This document shows positions 1 to 9,503 of a DNA stretch of 64,000 bases, one piece after another. This stretch comes from a virus. Below the pieces are notes generated by a model, which ran no database searches, was not told the DNA's origin, and saw only the letters and a program-made list of their open reading frames with translations. Position 1 is the first letter of the stretch. Every line of letters begins with the position of its first letter. The stretch is from positions 28,603 through 92,602 of the IMG/VR virus record IMGVR_UViG_3300017917_000616; one strand, 5' to 3'. The position numbers were made by a program, and so were the translations under genes.

Positions 1-276
1 GTTAGATAAAAGAGGACGCCAACCCCTATCTTCTACAACAGGTTTACGTATTGCTTGTTGGCAGTCCTGATATTTAATATCAGTAGCAGTCGGAATAATA
101 AAGCGTGGTCCGCCGGTCTTTTGATGTTGTGTACCGAACTGATGTATGTATGGTCTGTCGTATGGATCTGGACGCCATTCAAAATCAAAGCCTGACACAT
201 CTAAGTTGTCAGGCACTTCCCAATATCCTTGTTCAAATAATTCTATTCTTCGTTCTATTTCTTGTAATTCAATCAT
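1..276 (-). CDS. Partial ORF running off the window start; phage hypothetical protein, probably part of the glycosylation cluster
   Basis: Not in the ORF track. ATG at 276-274 overlaps the carbamoyltransferase stop (ATGA). Open to base 1: MIELQEIERRIELFEQGYWEVPDNLDVSGFDFEWRPDPYDRPYIHQFGTQHQKTGGPRF... Confidence 0.75.
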   Translation of the reverse strand, partial: MIELQEIERRIELFEQGYWEVPDNLDVSGFDFEWRPDPYDRPYIHQFGTQHQKTGGPRFIIPTATDIKYQDCQQAIRKPVVEDRGWRPLLSN

Positions 277-1757
277 GAAATGACCTTAATTCCATACATA
301 ATTTCAAATCTGTCAGCATCGTGTCTATCATTGACCATAGGTTCACCCCGAATGTTAAGACTAGTGTTAAGTAACATAGGACAACCTGTCAACACATACC
401 ACTTTTCTAATAGTTCTCTAATTCCTGTTCCATCTTTTGGAACGCTCTGTACACGACTAGTCCCGTCATGATGAACGATAGCAGGAAATAAATCAGGATA
501 CCTACAAACACCGACGACTTGCATATACCTGCTGTTACTCCAGCTATCAGGCATATTAAAGTAGCTAGTAAGATATTCCTCCAAAATGACTGGCGCAAAG
601 GGTCGAAATTTTTGTCTACGTTTGATTTCATTTACTTTATCCTTTATATCTTTGCCTCGAGGGTCTGCTAATAAACTGCGATTACCTAACGCTCTCGGAC
701 CAAACTCAGCACGGCCACTAGCAACACCGACGATACGAGTGTTAAGCAACTCATCCAGAATGGCATTAACAGGGTAAGAACCTTTAATATCATACCCCAA
801 AAAACTATTGTCCCAATTAATCCGATAGCCATAACCCAGTGCGGCGGCACCCAAACTAGAGCCAGCATCACCAGGATTAGGCATAATCCAGATATTTCTA
901 AAAAATTTTCCAATTATTTTATTGGCTAAGCAATTTAATGCTACGCCGCCCCCATATACTACATTTTGACTACTGCCTAATATTTTAGCACGTTGAAACA
1001 CATTATGCAATAGTCCTTCTAACATTAGTTGTCCACTACTTGCTAAATCTTCGTTAGTAGCATCTAAGAAAAGGTCATCAGGAAATCCTAAATGTAAGTT
1101 ATCCTTAAATTGTAGTGTTGACTTATCGTGTATTAATTTGTCATACATTTCTAAGAAATGTTTAGGTTCTCCGTACGCAGCCATACCCATCGTAATATAT
1201 TCTTCTTCGTTGGGCTTTAAGCCAACTCGTTTTGTTAGTGCTGAATAGAATAAACCAATGCTATGCGGATAGCTTTGACTATACAACTTTTCATATTTGG
1301 GTTTACCATCACCATTGTAAAAAGCACTCCAAATTGAAATAGTATCAAATTCTCCTATTGCGTCTATAATGACTACAGTAGCTTCTTGGAATCTGCTAGT
1401 CTGAAATCCGGCTGCTACATGACTTAAGTGATGATTATGTGTGTGAAATTTCTTACCCTTAAGTAAAGATTGTGCCCCGGCACTTAAGAAATTTTTTGGA
1501 TTCAACGAACTGAGACTAGGCTTTTCACCAGCATACAATTGTCGTATGTATTTTAATAATGGGCGTTCGTAATAGTGTACTTCAAAATCACCCTCGATAT
1601 ATTCTAGGGCATTTTCTATGATAGCAGAATTTATATTCTTGTCATGCTTGATTCCGCTATAGCGTTCGTTATGACCGGCAAATACAATATTGCCATTCTT
1701 GTCAATTACTGATACTGCCGCATCGTGAAAGCCGGCGCTGATTCCTAGATAATTCAT
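273..1757 (-). CDS. Carbamoyltransferase (NodU/CmcH/TobZ family)
   Basis: Motifs GISAGFHDAA, HHLSH, DAIGE, GGVALN, EFGPRALGNRS, KRRQKFRPFAP and LLNTSLN; Kae1-like plus YrdC-like domains. Confidence 0.95.
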   Translation of the reverse strand: MNYLGISAGFHDAAVSVIDKNGNIVFAGHNERYSGIKHDKNINSAIIENALEYIEGDFEVHYYERPLLKYIRQLYAGEKPSLSSLNPKNFLSAGAQSLLKGKKFHTHNHHLSHVAAGFQTSRFQEATVVIIDAIGEFDTISIWSAFYNGDGKPKYEKLYSQSYPHSIGLFYSALTKRVGLKPNEEEYITMGMAAYGEPKHFLEMYDKLIHDKSTLQFKDNLHLGFPDDLFLDATNEDLASSGQLMLEGLLHNVFQRAKILGSSQNVVYGGGVALNCLANKIIGKFFRNIWIMPNPGDAGSSLGAAALGYGYRINWDNSFLGYDIKGSYPVNAILDELLNTRIVGVASGRAEFGPRALGNRSLLADPRGKDIKDKVNEIKRRQKFRPFAPVILEEYLTSYFNMPDSWSNSRYMQVVGVCRYPDLFPAIVHHDGTSRVQSVPKDGTGIRELLEKWYVLTGCPMLLNTSLNIRGEPMVNDRHDADRFEIMYGIKVIS

Positions 1758-1758
1758 A

Positions 1759-1854
1759 TCAATATATAAATGGATCTTTTTTCTTCAATTCTTTTAAGCG
1801 TTTGCGATAACGATACTCACGCATTAAGTACCTAAAAAACTTAGTTATAAACAT
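1759..1854 (-). CDS. 31-aa basic peptide MFITKFFRYLMREYRYRKRLKELKKKDPFIY
   Basis: Below the ORF-track cutoff. Fills the gap between the TctC gene (overlap) and the carbamoyltransferase start (1 nt away). Confidence 0.75.
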   Translation of the reverse strand: MFITKFFRYLMREYRYRKRLKELKKKDPFIY

Positions 1855-2737
1855 CTTTGATTACTTTCTGAATATCGATTATTGTTTGCTCTGCTTCTCT
1901 CACCGAACCATAATTAGTTTGGTGATAGGGTGTTCTGTCTCTAAAGAACTGATCCATCTCCTTACTACTTAATACTTTAAAAAGTTTTTGATTTAATTCA
2001 TGAACTTCTGTTGTAGGTACTTCGCTGTTTACATATAATATCACTGTGCTTACTAGATTGCCTGTGACAGGAAACTTTCTGTATAAATTCTCAGATTTAC
2101 TTCTGTTTCCAACACTGATGTGTGCTATCTCTGTTATCTCTGGCATAGACTCTACAACGGGTTTTATCGACCCACCATCAATATATAAATCTAGTGTGCC
2201 CTCTTTTAAGCTAACGATACTGTCGGTAGGTTTTTTATAGAGAACAATTTCATAATCTATTTTCTGACGCTCTAACACATACGTCATTATCTTTGCCGCA
2301 TTAGAACTTGGGGCGCCCAATAATAACTTTTTACCCTGACTCTTTCTTTCATTGTATAATGATTCTAAACTCTTGTGTTTACTATTAGAAAAGATAAAAT
2401 GCGTAAAACTCATTACGTTTATTACAGGGCGTAGTGTGTCTGATTTAGGGCTAGTATTAGGATTCAAATGTTGATTAAAACCACCCACTCCATTACCCGC
2501 ACACAGTATTGCTGGCTGTTCTTTTATAGTTAAAAAGTGCCTATGACCCAGTATTTGATCGGCGCCGGGTACATTTTGAAATACGGTATTAGTCTTGTAT
2601 GTATTATCGTATGTTTCAAAGATTTTTCTACATATTTGATCCACGACTGACCCGGGAGCGAAGGGAGCAATAACTGTTAAATCTTTAGCCAAAACTGTTA
2701 AAGGTAATAACAAAAAGGTTAAGATTATTTTTTTCAT
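1841..2737 (-). CDS. Bug/TctC-family tripartite tricarboxylate transporter substrate-binding protein (divergent)
   Basis: Signal peptide MKKIILTFLLLPLTVLA; VIAPFAPGSVVDQICR, QNVPGADQILG and VLYKK...LKEGTLD match the TctC pattern. Confidence 0.8.
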   Translation of the reverse strand: MKKIILTFLLLPLTVLAKDLTVIAPFAPGSVVDQICRKIFETYDNTYKTNTVFQNVPGADQILGHRHFLTIKEQPAILCAGNGVGGFNQHLNPNTSPKSDTLRPVINVMSFTHFIFSNSKHKSLESLYNERKSQGKKLLLGAPSSNAAKIMTYVLERQKIDYEIVLYKKPTDSIVSLKEGTLDLYIDGGSIKPVVESMPEITEIAHISVGNRSKSENLYRKFPVTGNLVSTVILYVNSEVPTTEVHELNQKLFKVLSSKEMDQFFRDRTPYHQTNYGSVREAEQTIIDIQKVIKDVYN

Positions 2738-3867
2738 AGTTTGTATGTCCTTGTGTTTATGCTTGTGTATCCGTTTTTAACTTGCGAGTTAGTAAAATAT
2801 TTACCAGTAATCTTGTCTGACAAAAATTTTATCCCGTCTTTATAATGACCTAAAATTAGTTTATCATCGCCTTGATAGAACCAAGTGTTTAGTACTTCCC
2901 CCGCAGACATTGGAGGCTTTTTGGTTTGAAATAATGGCTTATGCTTTTCATCATATATGATAGATTGCATCACATGACGAAATATACCCACTTCATCTTT
3001 ATATGTTTTTTTAAATAACTCTCGTATATTGTGATTCGTTTCACATGCTTCTTTAATTAATTGACATTGTTTTATAACAATCTCTGGCATATCAGGTGTC
3101 CAATAAAACCATTCGGTAACATTGTGTTCATATATCTCTTGTAAATTCTTGTCTAATGGTGGAATATGATATGCTGTTTGGTCGCTGAAAAACGCATGAT
3201 AGCTATTGTCTAATTCATCGTAGTATACTAATGGTTTATCTATTCCCAATATCTGACATACAGTTTTATTAGATTCTGCTAGAGATTGACCCATTATGTC
3301 ATAATTACCCATAGCACGACTTAATACTCCGACGTTATAGCTTGCGCCGGGTAACATATGTTCCATCCAATTATCTTTGCGAAACAAATTAATTGGTGTT
3401 TTGCTCATATCCTGAAAAGTTATTTTTGTCTTAGACAATTTATTTTCTAACTTTTTAAGATATGGAACAGCTTGAAAATCTATTTCAGCCCAATAATTAC
3501 TGAAATCAGTTTTATTTTCTATTGAATATTTGCGTTGTGGTTCGGGGACTTGAATAACAATTTCGTCTATGTGTATATTGTTATCTATAAAGCTATGTAG
3601 GATATTATTACTATCTTGCCCCCCGCTGTAATGGAGCACAAGATAGTCATATCTTTCTCTAAGTTGTTTAGCCCTGTCTCTGTAAAGTTCAAAGATTGTT
3701 CGGTCAATTCTATTTGACCAATTGTAACTTCTATAAACTTCATCATTGAATATCCATCTTACAGTAAACCCAGTGTCTGTACTGTACATTAACGCTTCGG
3801 TTTTATTGTAAAACTTCTTAAAACCTACTAGATAATAACCGTGTACGTTAGGATCTTGTATTGCCAT
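2734..3867 (-). CDS. PP-loop (adenine nucleotide alpha-hydrolase-like) protein
   Basis: YLVLHYSGGQDS is an SGGxDS PP-loop motif. Confidence 0.65.
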   Translation of the reverse strand: MAIQDPNVHGYYLVGFKKFYNKTEALMYSTDTGFTVRWIFNDEVYRSYNWSNRIDRTIFELYRDRAKQLRERYDYLVLHYSGGQDSNNILHSFIDNNIHIDEIVIQVPEPQRKYSIENKTDFSNYWAEIDFQAVPYLKKLENKLSKTKITFQDMSKTPINLFRKDNWMEHMLPGASYNVGVLSRAMGNYDIMGQSLAESNKTVCQILGIDKPLVYYDELDNSYHAFFSDQTAYHIPPLDKNLQEIYEHNVTEWFYWTPDMPEIVIKQCQLIKEACETNHNIRELFKKTYKDEVGIFRHVMQSIIYDEKHKPLFQTKKPPMSAGEVLNTWFYQGDDKLILGHYKDGIKFLSDKITGKYFTNSQVKNGYTSINTRTYKL

Positions 3868-5074
3868 AATGGATAACTTCTATGTCACTATCACTTGACT
3901 TGAAGGATCTCCAAGGATCTACAATAATACTTCCCTTACCAACTTCAAAATAGAAACCCTGTGTTTTGTCAATATCAGCATAATCATATGTTATGTTCGC
4001 ATTATGCGCTAATAAAATGATTCCAGCGGATCCGGGTGTTAGTTGTTCATTCTCAGTTAATGGGTCAGCAAATATAGGCTTCTTACCTAATTCATGACAA
4101 TAGTGACCAACTAGTGTACTATAGCTTCCTGTAGTATATGGGACGTTGGGTTTATATGCCTTACCGTGAATAATGATAGGTAACTTACGTTCTCTGCTTA
4201 ACTTAACTAAGAATTTAGCTAGATTACGTGCTTGTACTTCTCTAGCGTTCATAATGCTATCGAATAAATCGTAGCCCAAATCTAATTTCTTAGCCATATA
4301 TCGTAGTGCGATATTATCACGTGGATGACATGCGCCACCATCGCCCATACCCGCAATCATATATTTAGGGCCCATGATACGCATACTAGACTTAGCTAAT
4401 GCGTCAGTCACAACGTCTACATTAATATTGCCTTGCTTAATAGCAACATCTTGAATCATGTTGACTAATCCAATTTTTGCTGATATGAATGTGTTGTAAA
4501 ACACTTTGATACATTCACATTCATCCCATGTTCCTACAACATATCTTGGATCGTTTTTCATCATGGTTTTATAGAAATCAATCAATAACTTAGCATCACC
4601 GGTTTCGGTTCCGTCTTCTGTACCGATCATTACCATTTCAGGATTTACAAAATCCCAGGCTACACTACCCATGGCAATAAGATATGGGTTATAAATAAAG
4701 CGGGTATTGGTGAGCAATGGTACAAAATGCTCACGTGTAGTCCCGGGTAAAACTGTGCTGATAAGGACTAATAGTTGATCCTTATTCATATATTTGTTTG
4801 CTTGCTGTAGACAATTGATGACAATACTATAATCAAAGTCTACAGGTGGCAAATGTGCTGTAGGCAAACTACCATCATAATCAGGGTGATGTGGGGTGGG
4901 TACTGCTACAAAAACAATATCTTTATCTTTTACAACTTCTTCAACGGTATCTACGACTTTACCATTCGGGAAGTCAACTTCTGTAATGTCAAAGCCCTCA
5001 ACTTCGTGTGTTTCTGCCATAACTTTGGCACATTCCAACCCTAATTTACCTAATCCGATGAATCCTATTTTCAT
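3848..5074 (-). CDS. ugd: UDP-glucose/GDP-mannose 6-dehydrogenase family protein
   Basis: GFIGLGKLG Rossmann motif, FVAVPTP, ISTVLPGTT, KVFYNTF and catalytic GDGGACHPRD. Confidence 0.9.
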   Translation of the reverse strand: MKIGFIGLGKLGLECAKVMAETHEVEGFDITEVDFPNGKVVDTVEEVVKDKDIVFVAVPTPHHPDYDGSLPTAHLPPVDFDYSIVINCLQQANKYMNKDQLLVLISTVLPGTTREHFVPLLTNTRFIYNPYLIAMGSVAWDFVNPEMVMIGTEDGTETGDAKLLIDFYKTMMKNDPRYVVGTWDECECIKVFYNTFISAKIGLVNMIQDVAIKQGNINVDVVTDALAKSSMRIMGPKYMIAGMGDGGACHPRDNIALRYMAKKLDLGYDLFDSIMNAREVQARNLAKFLVKLSRERKLPIIIHGKAYKPNVPYTTGSYSTLVGHYCHELGKKPIFADPLTENEQLTPGSAGIILLAHNANITYDYADIDKTQGFYFEVGKGSIIVDPWRSFKSSDSDIEVIHYGNTRS

Positions 5075-5105
5075 AATGTTTCCTTTACAATATATAGTAC
5101 TATTT

Positions 5106-6215
5106 TTACGTTGCCCTATTTTTTATGTCTATGAGTGCTTCTACCAAATCGCTGTTTCTTTTTAATGTTTTTAAATGGTTATAATTGTACTGTAATGTGT
5201 ACTTCATTTCTTCACGTATGTTTAACCGTTCTTCTACCGACATATTATTAAATCTATTAATTTCTTTTGTAATAATCTCAATACGTTTCATCAAATCTAA
5301 CGATAAATCGTATGTCTCATCTATCCATTTATCAAACGTTTTAAACCCTAACTTCTTAAGTAATTCTAATGTTCCCGGATTACCTAAAATAATAAACGGT
5401 AATCCTACACGCATGGGCTTATATGATTTTTCGCTTAGAAATAATGTTTCCTCATGTGTATGTGTTTCTGTGACAATATATAAAAAGCTCTTTTTACAGA
5501 ACTCTACAGGTATTTCCATTGTAGGATTAGCTTCGCTTACATTCTCTACATCTAATATATCGTATGTGACAGACTCAATATTGGGGTACAGTTTGCGCCA
5601 CATTTCGTATCCGTCATATGTGTTAGCCCATGTATTATATCCACAGTCTTTTAAATTTAAATCTATCAGTTTAGACATTAACTTAACTCTATGTTCTCTG
5701 GCTACACGATTTAAATTAATATAAATTTTATGGTCTTTTTCTAACGGTTGTATTTTATATTCATTGGTATTGTGTACGTGATGTACCCAATGGTTAGTAA
5801 AATAATGTGTATAGTTATTATGTTTTTCCGAGAGTTTATAGTTACCGTCTATAAAATAGACTTTACAAAAGTTAATCTTGTTTTGTAGTTTTCTTACATA
5901 TCCGTCATTTTCACTGTTACCCTCTAGTGGATCTAATACTACAGGTATTAGTTTCCCATTAATAAAGTCATCGCTGTTTCTTATAATATAATTGGCATAC
6001 TTCTCTAACTGCAAATCTACGTTCCTAGCTTGTAAGAAACAAGGAAAATACTTAGTACCAATATCTGTATTATTGACTGTAACATAACGGAAGAAATAGA
6101 ATTTATTAGAATTGTCTGTTTGGTATTCTTCGTACCGCCAATTCATTTTATATAAGTTTTGCTTAGACCAATCATTGTGTTGGAAATCTTCTGTGATTTT
6201 AAAGTCTAATAGCAT
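5106..6215 (-). CDS. Hypothetical protein with a putative GT-B/GT10-like C-terminal domain
   Basis: LNRVAREHR and IVTET...LSEKSYKP...PFI...LGFKTF...DETYD; paralogous to 8235..9503. Confidence 0.5.
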   Translation of the reverse strand: MLLDFKITEDFQHNDWSKQNLYKMNWRYEEYQTDNSNKFYFFRYVTVNNTDIGTKYFPCFLQARNVDLQLEKYANYIIRNSDDFINGKLIPVVLDPLEGNSENDGYVRKLQNKINFCKVYFIDGNYKLSEKHNNYTHYFTNHWVHHVHNTNEYKIQPLEKDHKIYINLNRVAREHRVKLMSKLIDLNLKDCGYNTWANTYDGYEMWRKLYPNIESVTYDILDVENVSEANPTMEIPVEFCKKSFLYIVTETHTHEETLFLSEKSYKPMRVGLPFIILGNPGTLELLKKLGFKTFDKWIDETYDLSLDLMKRIEIITKEINRFNNMSVEERLNIREEMKYTLQYNYNHLKTLKRNSDLVEALIDIKNRAT

Positions 6216-6963
6216 TTAATATTCTCTCAGTATATTCTTTGTGCGACATTACACCAGGATGCATATTATCACGTGCTTTGTCTAGTTTTGAATTGATATT
6301 ACCTAACTGTGTAGCATAATTCATAAACTCATATTTCATAATATGTGTATTAGCTTCACTATCCCAACAAGTAAAATATAACTTAGTTCCTAATTGTTGA
6401 CATAACTGTACGAAAGGATACAGTTGCCAAATAGTCTGTAATGTTCGGGTGAAATTATATTTTTCGTCTAAAGTAATGAATATCTGTTTTTCTATTTTAG
6501 TTAGATTCTCATGGTCATACTGTGGTATCCAATTCATAAATCCATCTTCAGTAGCTAAGAATCTACGATTGGGTGTACTCATATAAAATAAAACTATTTT
6601 AGGTTTGTATTTTAATAATGCCCATGTAGCATTCATTATTTGAATGTCAGGGCCAGTTCCCGGTAATGCCACATTGACACACTCATATCCTAACTCTTTA
6701 CTAATCATATATGGATATACATATTCTTCTGGCAATCCCTGTCCAAATGTCATACTACATCCGACGGACATTAATATATTATCACTTGTAGGTTCGGTAT
6801 ACCTAAATCCATAACGGTTTACTTTGTACTCAAATTTCAAATCAAAGTCATTATTCAATAGTTCAGCTTTTGTAGATAATAACTTCGTTTGGTTAGGTAC
6901 ATACAAACTATAGGGTATTTTAAATAGTTCGCTACCCGGATTATCAATCAAATAATTACTCAT
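6199..6963 (-). CDS. SGNH/GDSL-like hydrolase or acyltransferase
   Basis: GCSMTFGQG (block I), NVALPGTG (block II), DNMHPG (DxxH). The second Met (6963) overlaps the upstream gene end and is the likelier start; the ORF track starts at 6975. Confidence 0.65.
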   Translation of the reverse strand: MSNYLIDNPGSELFKIPYSLYVPNQTKLLSTKAELLNNDFDLKFEYKVNRYGFRYTEPTSDNILMSVGCSMTFGQGLPEEYVYPYMISKELGYECVNVALPGTGPDIQIMNATWALLKYKPKIVLFYMSTPNRRFLATEDGFMNWIPQYDHENLTKIEKQIFITLDEKYNFTRTLQTIWQLYPFVQLCQQLGTKLYFTCWDSEANTHIMKYEFMNYATQLGNINSKLDKARDNMHPGVMSHKEYTERILNAIRL

Positions 6964-8272
6964 TAAACAACTCACTTAAGAATGGGAATGTTTCTGTGAC
7001 ATTTTCGTTTCTGATACGGTCTAATCTACGTGTAATATCAACAAATTCACCAATATGTTTGGACTTATCTTCACTGTTCATACTGGTAACAATACTACGT
7101 AAATGACTGGTGTTCATTCCATACATTGATTCTAGCCTATCAGCATATTTGTTAATCTTATCTGATACTTGTTCTTTCATATGTTTAGGTAAAATATTCG
7201 CATTATAGTAATGTGGGAACATCAGATAATTCAAATGAAATACGCTTGTCCAATGATCCTCTACGGGTTCATGCCAATTAATATCAGTATCAGGTTTATT
7301 CTGTAATGTCCAGCTAACTGTCATACCTTGTCGCATACATTCCTGGTGGAACTCAGGAAGATAGAATATATTGAATACGCTAATAGTAGGATGTATTCCC
7401 CATACGACATTACCGTTCTTAAACAGTCCTTGGTCACGTAATTGCTTAAAGTTATCTACAACTTGCTCCCAATCTCCCCCTCGACGGATATAATTATATC
7501 GTGGGCCACAATCATCTAAGCTAGCAATTAACTGAATATTCTTAAAATGTTTCCAATAATCAACTGCGTAATGGTCTTTATATCGTAATTCCCCGAAGTT
7601 AGTACTATATCTGATGGTAACATCAGTCTTACCAATATCAATTAATTTCTGTAGTATACGGTAATGTTCATCAGTAATTAATGGCTCGCCACCAGCAAAA
7701 TGAATATATTCTACTTTGTCAAATAGATGCTCAAAATCTTTTTCAAAGTTATCGACTGTAGCCCATATTTTCTTATATTTCGGGGGCATATCTTCTTTGT
7801 TGATATTGAATAGTTTCTGGTGATCTGAGTGCCACTGTGTACTAAACTCAATACCGCATGTCCTACAACTCTGGTTACAGATATTACTGAATCTAAAGTC
7901 CCAATGTACTAGGTTTAACTCGTCAACTGTACCATCTTCTTTCGTACTGTTAACTTTATCTAGGTGATTGTTTCCATACGTCATATTCATATGTTGACGT
8001 AATGATCCATAACCCTGTTCTTCCTTCTCGTAGCAACGATGGCAGTAATTACTACAATCTTCCCCATTAAGCATTTTAAGGCGCAGTTCACGCATTTGTT
8101 CACTATTCCATACTTCATGGATAGTCTGTGTATTCATGTTGCCGATAGTCTCAGTAATAGGACTCATACAGCAAGGATTTACATCCTTATTGGGCATGAA
8201 GTGCATGTGCGTCCATGGCGCCATACAAAACTTCTTATTGGTCATTAGTTTTAACATCGACATTTTGCTCAT
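6956..8272 (-). CDS. Radical SAM enzyme with an N-terminal Twitch/SPASM-like Cys domain
   Basis: CNQSCRTC (CxxxCxxC), AGGEP, YSTN; N-terminal CMAPW...PCC...EVWNS...CHRC. Confidence 0.9.
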   Translation of the reverse strand: MSKMSMLKLMTNKKFCMAPWTHMHFMPNKDVNPCCMSPITETIGNMNTQTIHEVWNSEQMRELRLKMLNGEDCSNYCHRCYEKEEQGYGSLRQHMNMTYGNNHLDKVNSTKEDGTVDELNLVHWDFRFSNICNQSCRTCGIEFSTQWHSDHQKLFNINKEDMPPKYKKIWATVDNFEKDFEHLFDKVEYIHFAGGEPLITDEHYRILQKLIDIGKTDVTIRYSTNFGELRYKDHYAVDYWKHFKNIQLIASLDDCGPRYNYIRRGGDWEQVVDNFKQLRDQGLFKNGNVVWGIHPTISVFNIFYLPEFHQECMRQGMTVSWTLQNKPDTDINWHEPVEDHWTSVFHLNYLMFPHYYNANILPKHMKEQVSDKINKYADRLESMYGMNTSHLRSIVTSMNSEDKSKHIGEFVDITRRLDRIRNENVTETFPFLSELFNE

Positions 8273-9503
8273 TGAATAAAATCCTATTTAAATTGTGTAT
8301 GATACGTTTTTTACTGGGTAGTGTTTGAAAATGTTTTTGATTATATTCAGTCACTTCCTTTAATATTTCTCTATAACTAGTTAATGAATCTAAACTAATA
8401 CCATTAAATTTTTTAATCTGGTTAGTTACCAGTTTCATACGTTTGTGTAGATTCATTTCCTCATCATAACTTTCATCGAATACTTCTCCAAAAGTCATAT
8501 ATCCCAAGTCTCGTAGATATTGTAAACTATTCGGTTCGCTGATAAGAAAGAAGGGCTGTCCATAAAAGATTGATTTATACGTTTTTTCAGTTATAAAAAT
8601 CGTTTCACCCTTTTTCTCACTTCTATTATCAAATGTGGTTTCTAATACGATTTGTGCGAAACTTGTAGTATAAAACTCGTCAGGAATTTCCCATTGTTTT
8701 TGTAAGATATCTCTGGTATCGATTGGATCTAAAATCACTGACTCTTTTAAAAACTCTACATCGTCATTATCAAACGATTGCCATAATGGGATTTTGTGAT
8801 AATCTTCGTGTTGTTCGCACTCATTCATATAGGTATACAACGCTTCGGTTGTCCAACTATAATGGCTGTTTGACAATATACCATTATCTCTACACCATAA
8901 ATAAAACATTATTCTCCATGGCTTAGCTTGTCTGATCGGCATCAAAAACTTCTTTGATAGCTCTTTATGTGGTTTAGCTTCGATACTAGAATTAGTGATA
9001 TATTCGTGATATAGCATTTCAAATAATGGATATGAGATGTATTTTATCCTACACCAATCTTCGTATGTACAGTATTTGTTAGTCCTATTTCTTAGAAACG
9101 GATACTCACTTAATTCCTTAGAATATGCGTTAGCATGAGAAAAGAAAAACTGTGCTTTAGGATACAAAAATAGCATGTGATCCATAAAGTCTTTTAGTTC
9201 CGCAGGGATATAACATTCCATTGGATAGCTGATACAAATACTAAGATTTTCATTGTCTGGAATTTGACTAGCAATATAGTTACAATCAACTAGATTAAAC
9301 TGTTCAGAATCAAATATACTAAAAAATAAGTAATTTTTTTCCGTGTAATCTATATTCGCTGTACTTACATATTTGTATTCGTAATTACTGCGTACAAAAT
9401 CCTCAAGATTTAATGTCTTTTCAACTGTTATTTTATCGCTGGGCTTATAAAAGAATTTACCCATAGTTTTTATTAAACTTCTTGTTTCTATGATATTAAT
9501 CAT
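8235..9503 (-). CDS. Hypothetical protein with a putative GT-B/GT10-like C-terminal domain
   Basis: IVLET...ITEKTYKS...PFF...LGYMTF...DESYD; paralog of 5106..6215. Start taken at the Met overlapping the upstream stop; the ORF track starts at 9524. Confidence 0.5.
   Translation of the reverse strand: MINIIETRSLIKTMGKFFYKPSDKITVEKTLNLEDFVRSNYEYKYVSTANIDYTEKNYLFFSIFDSEQFNLVDCNYIASQIPDNENLSICISYPMECYIPAELKDFMDHMLFLYPKAQFFFSHANAYSKELSEYPFLRNRTNKYCTYEDWCRIKYISYPLFEMLYHEYITNSSIEAKPHKELSKKFLMPIRQAKPWRIMFYLWCRDNGILSNSHYSWTTEALYTYMNECEQHEDYHKIPLWQSFDNDDVEFLKESVILDPIDTRDILQKQWEIPDEFYTTSFAQIVLETTFDNRSEKKGETIFITEKTYKSIFYGQPFFLISEPNSLQYLRDLGYMTFGEVFDESYDEEMNLHKRMKLVTNQIKKFNGISLDSLTSYREILKEVTEYNQKHFQTLPSKKRIIHNLNRILFNEQNVDVKTNDQ

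Noticed and set aside
5091-5098. ACTATATA upstream of ugd as an internal late promoter
   Set aside because: It has a mismatch in the TAAATA core and lies in AT-rich DNA, so support is too weak.
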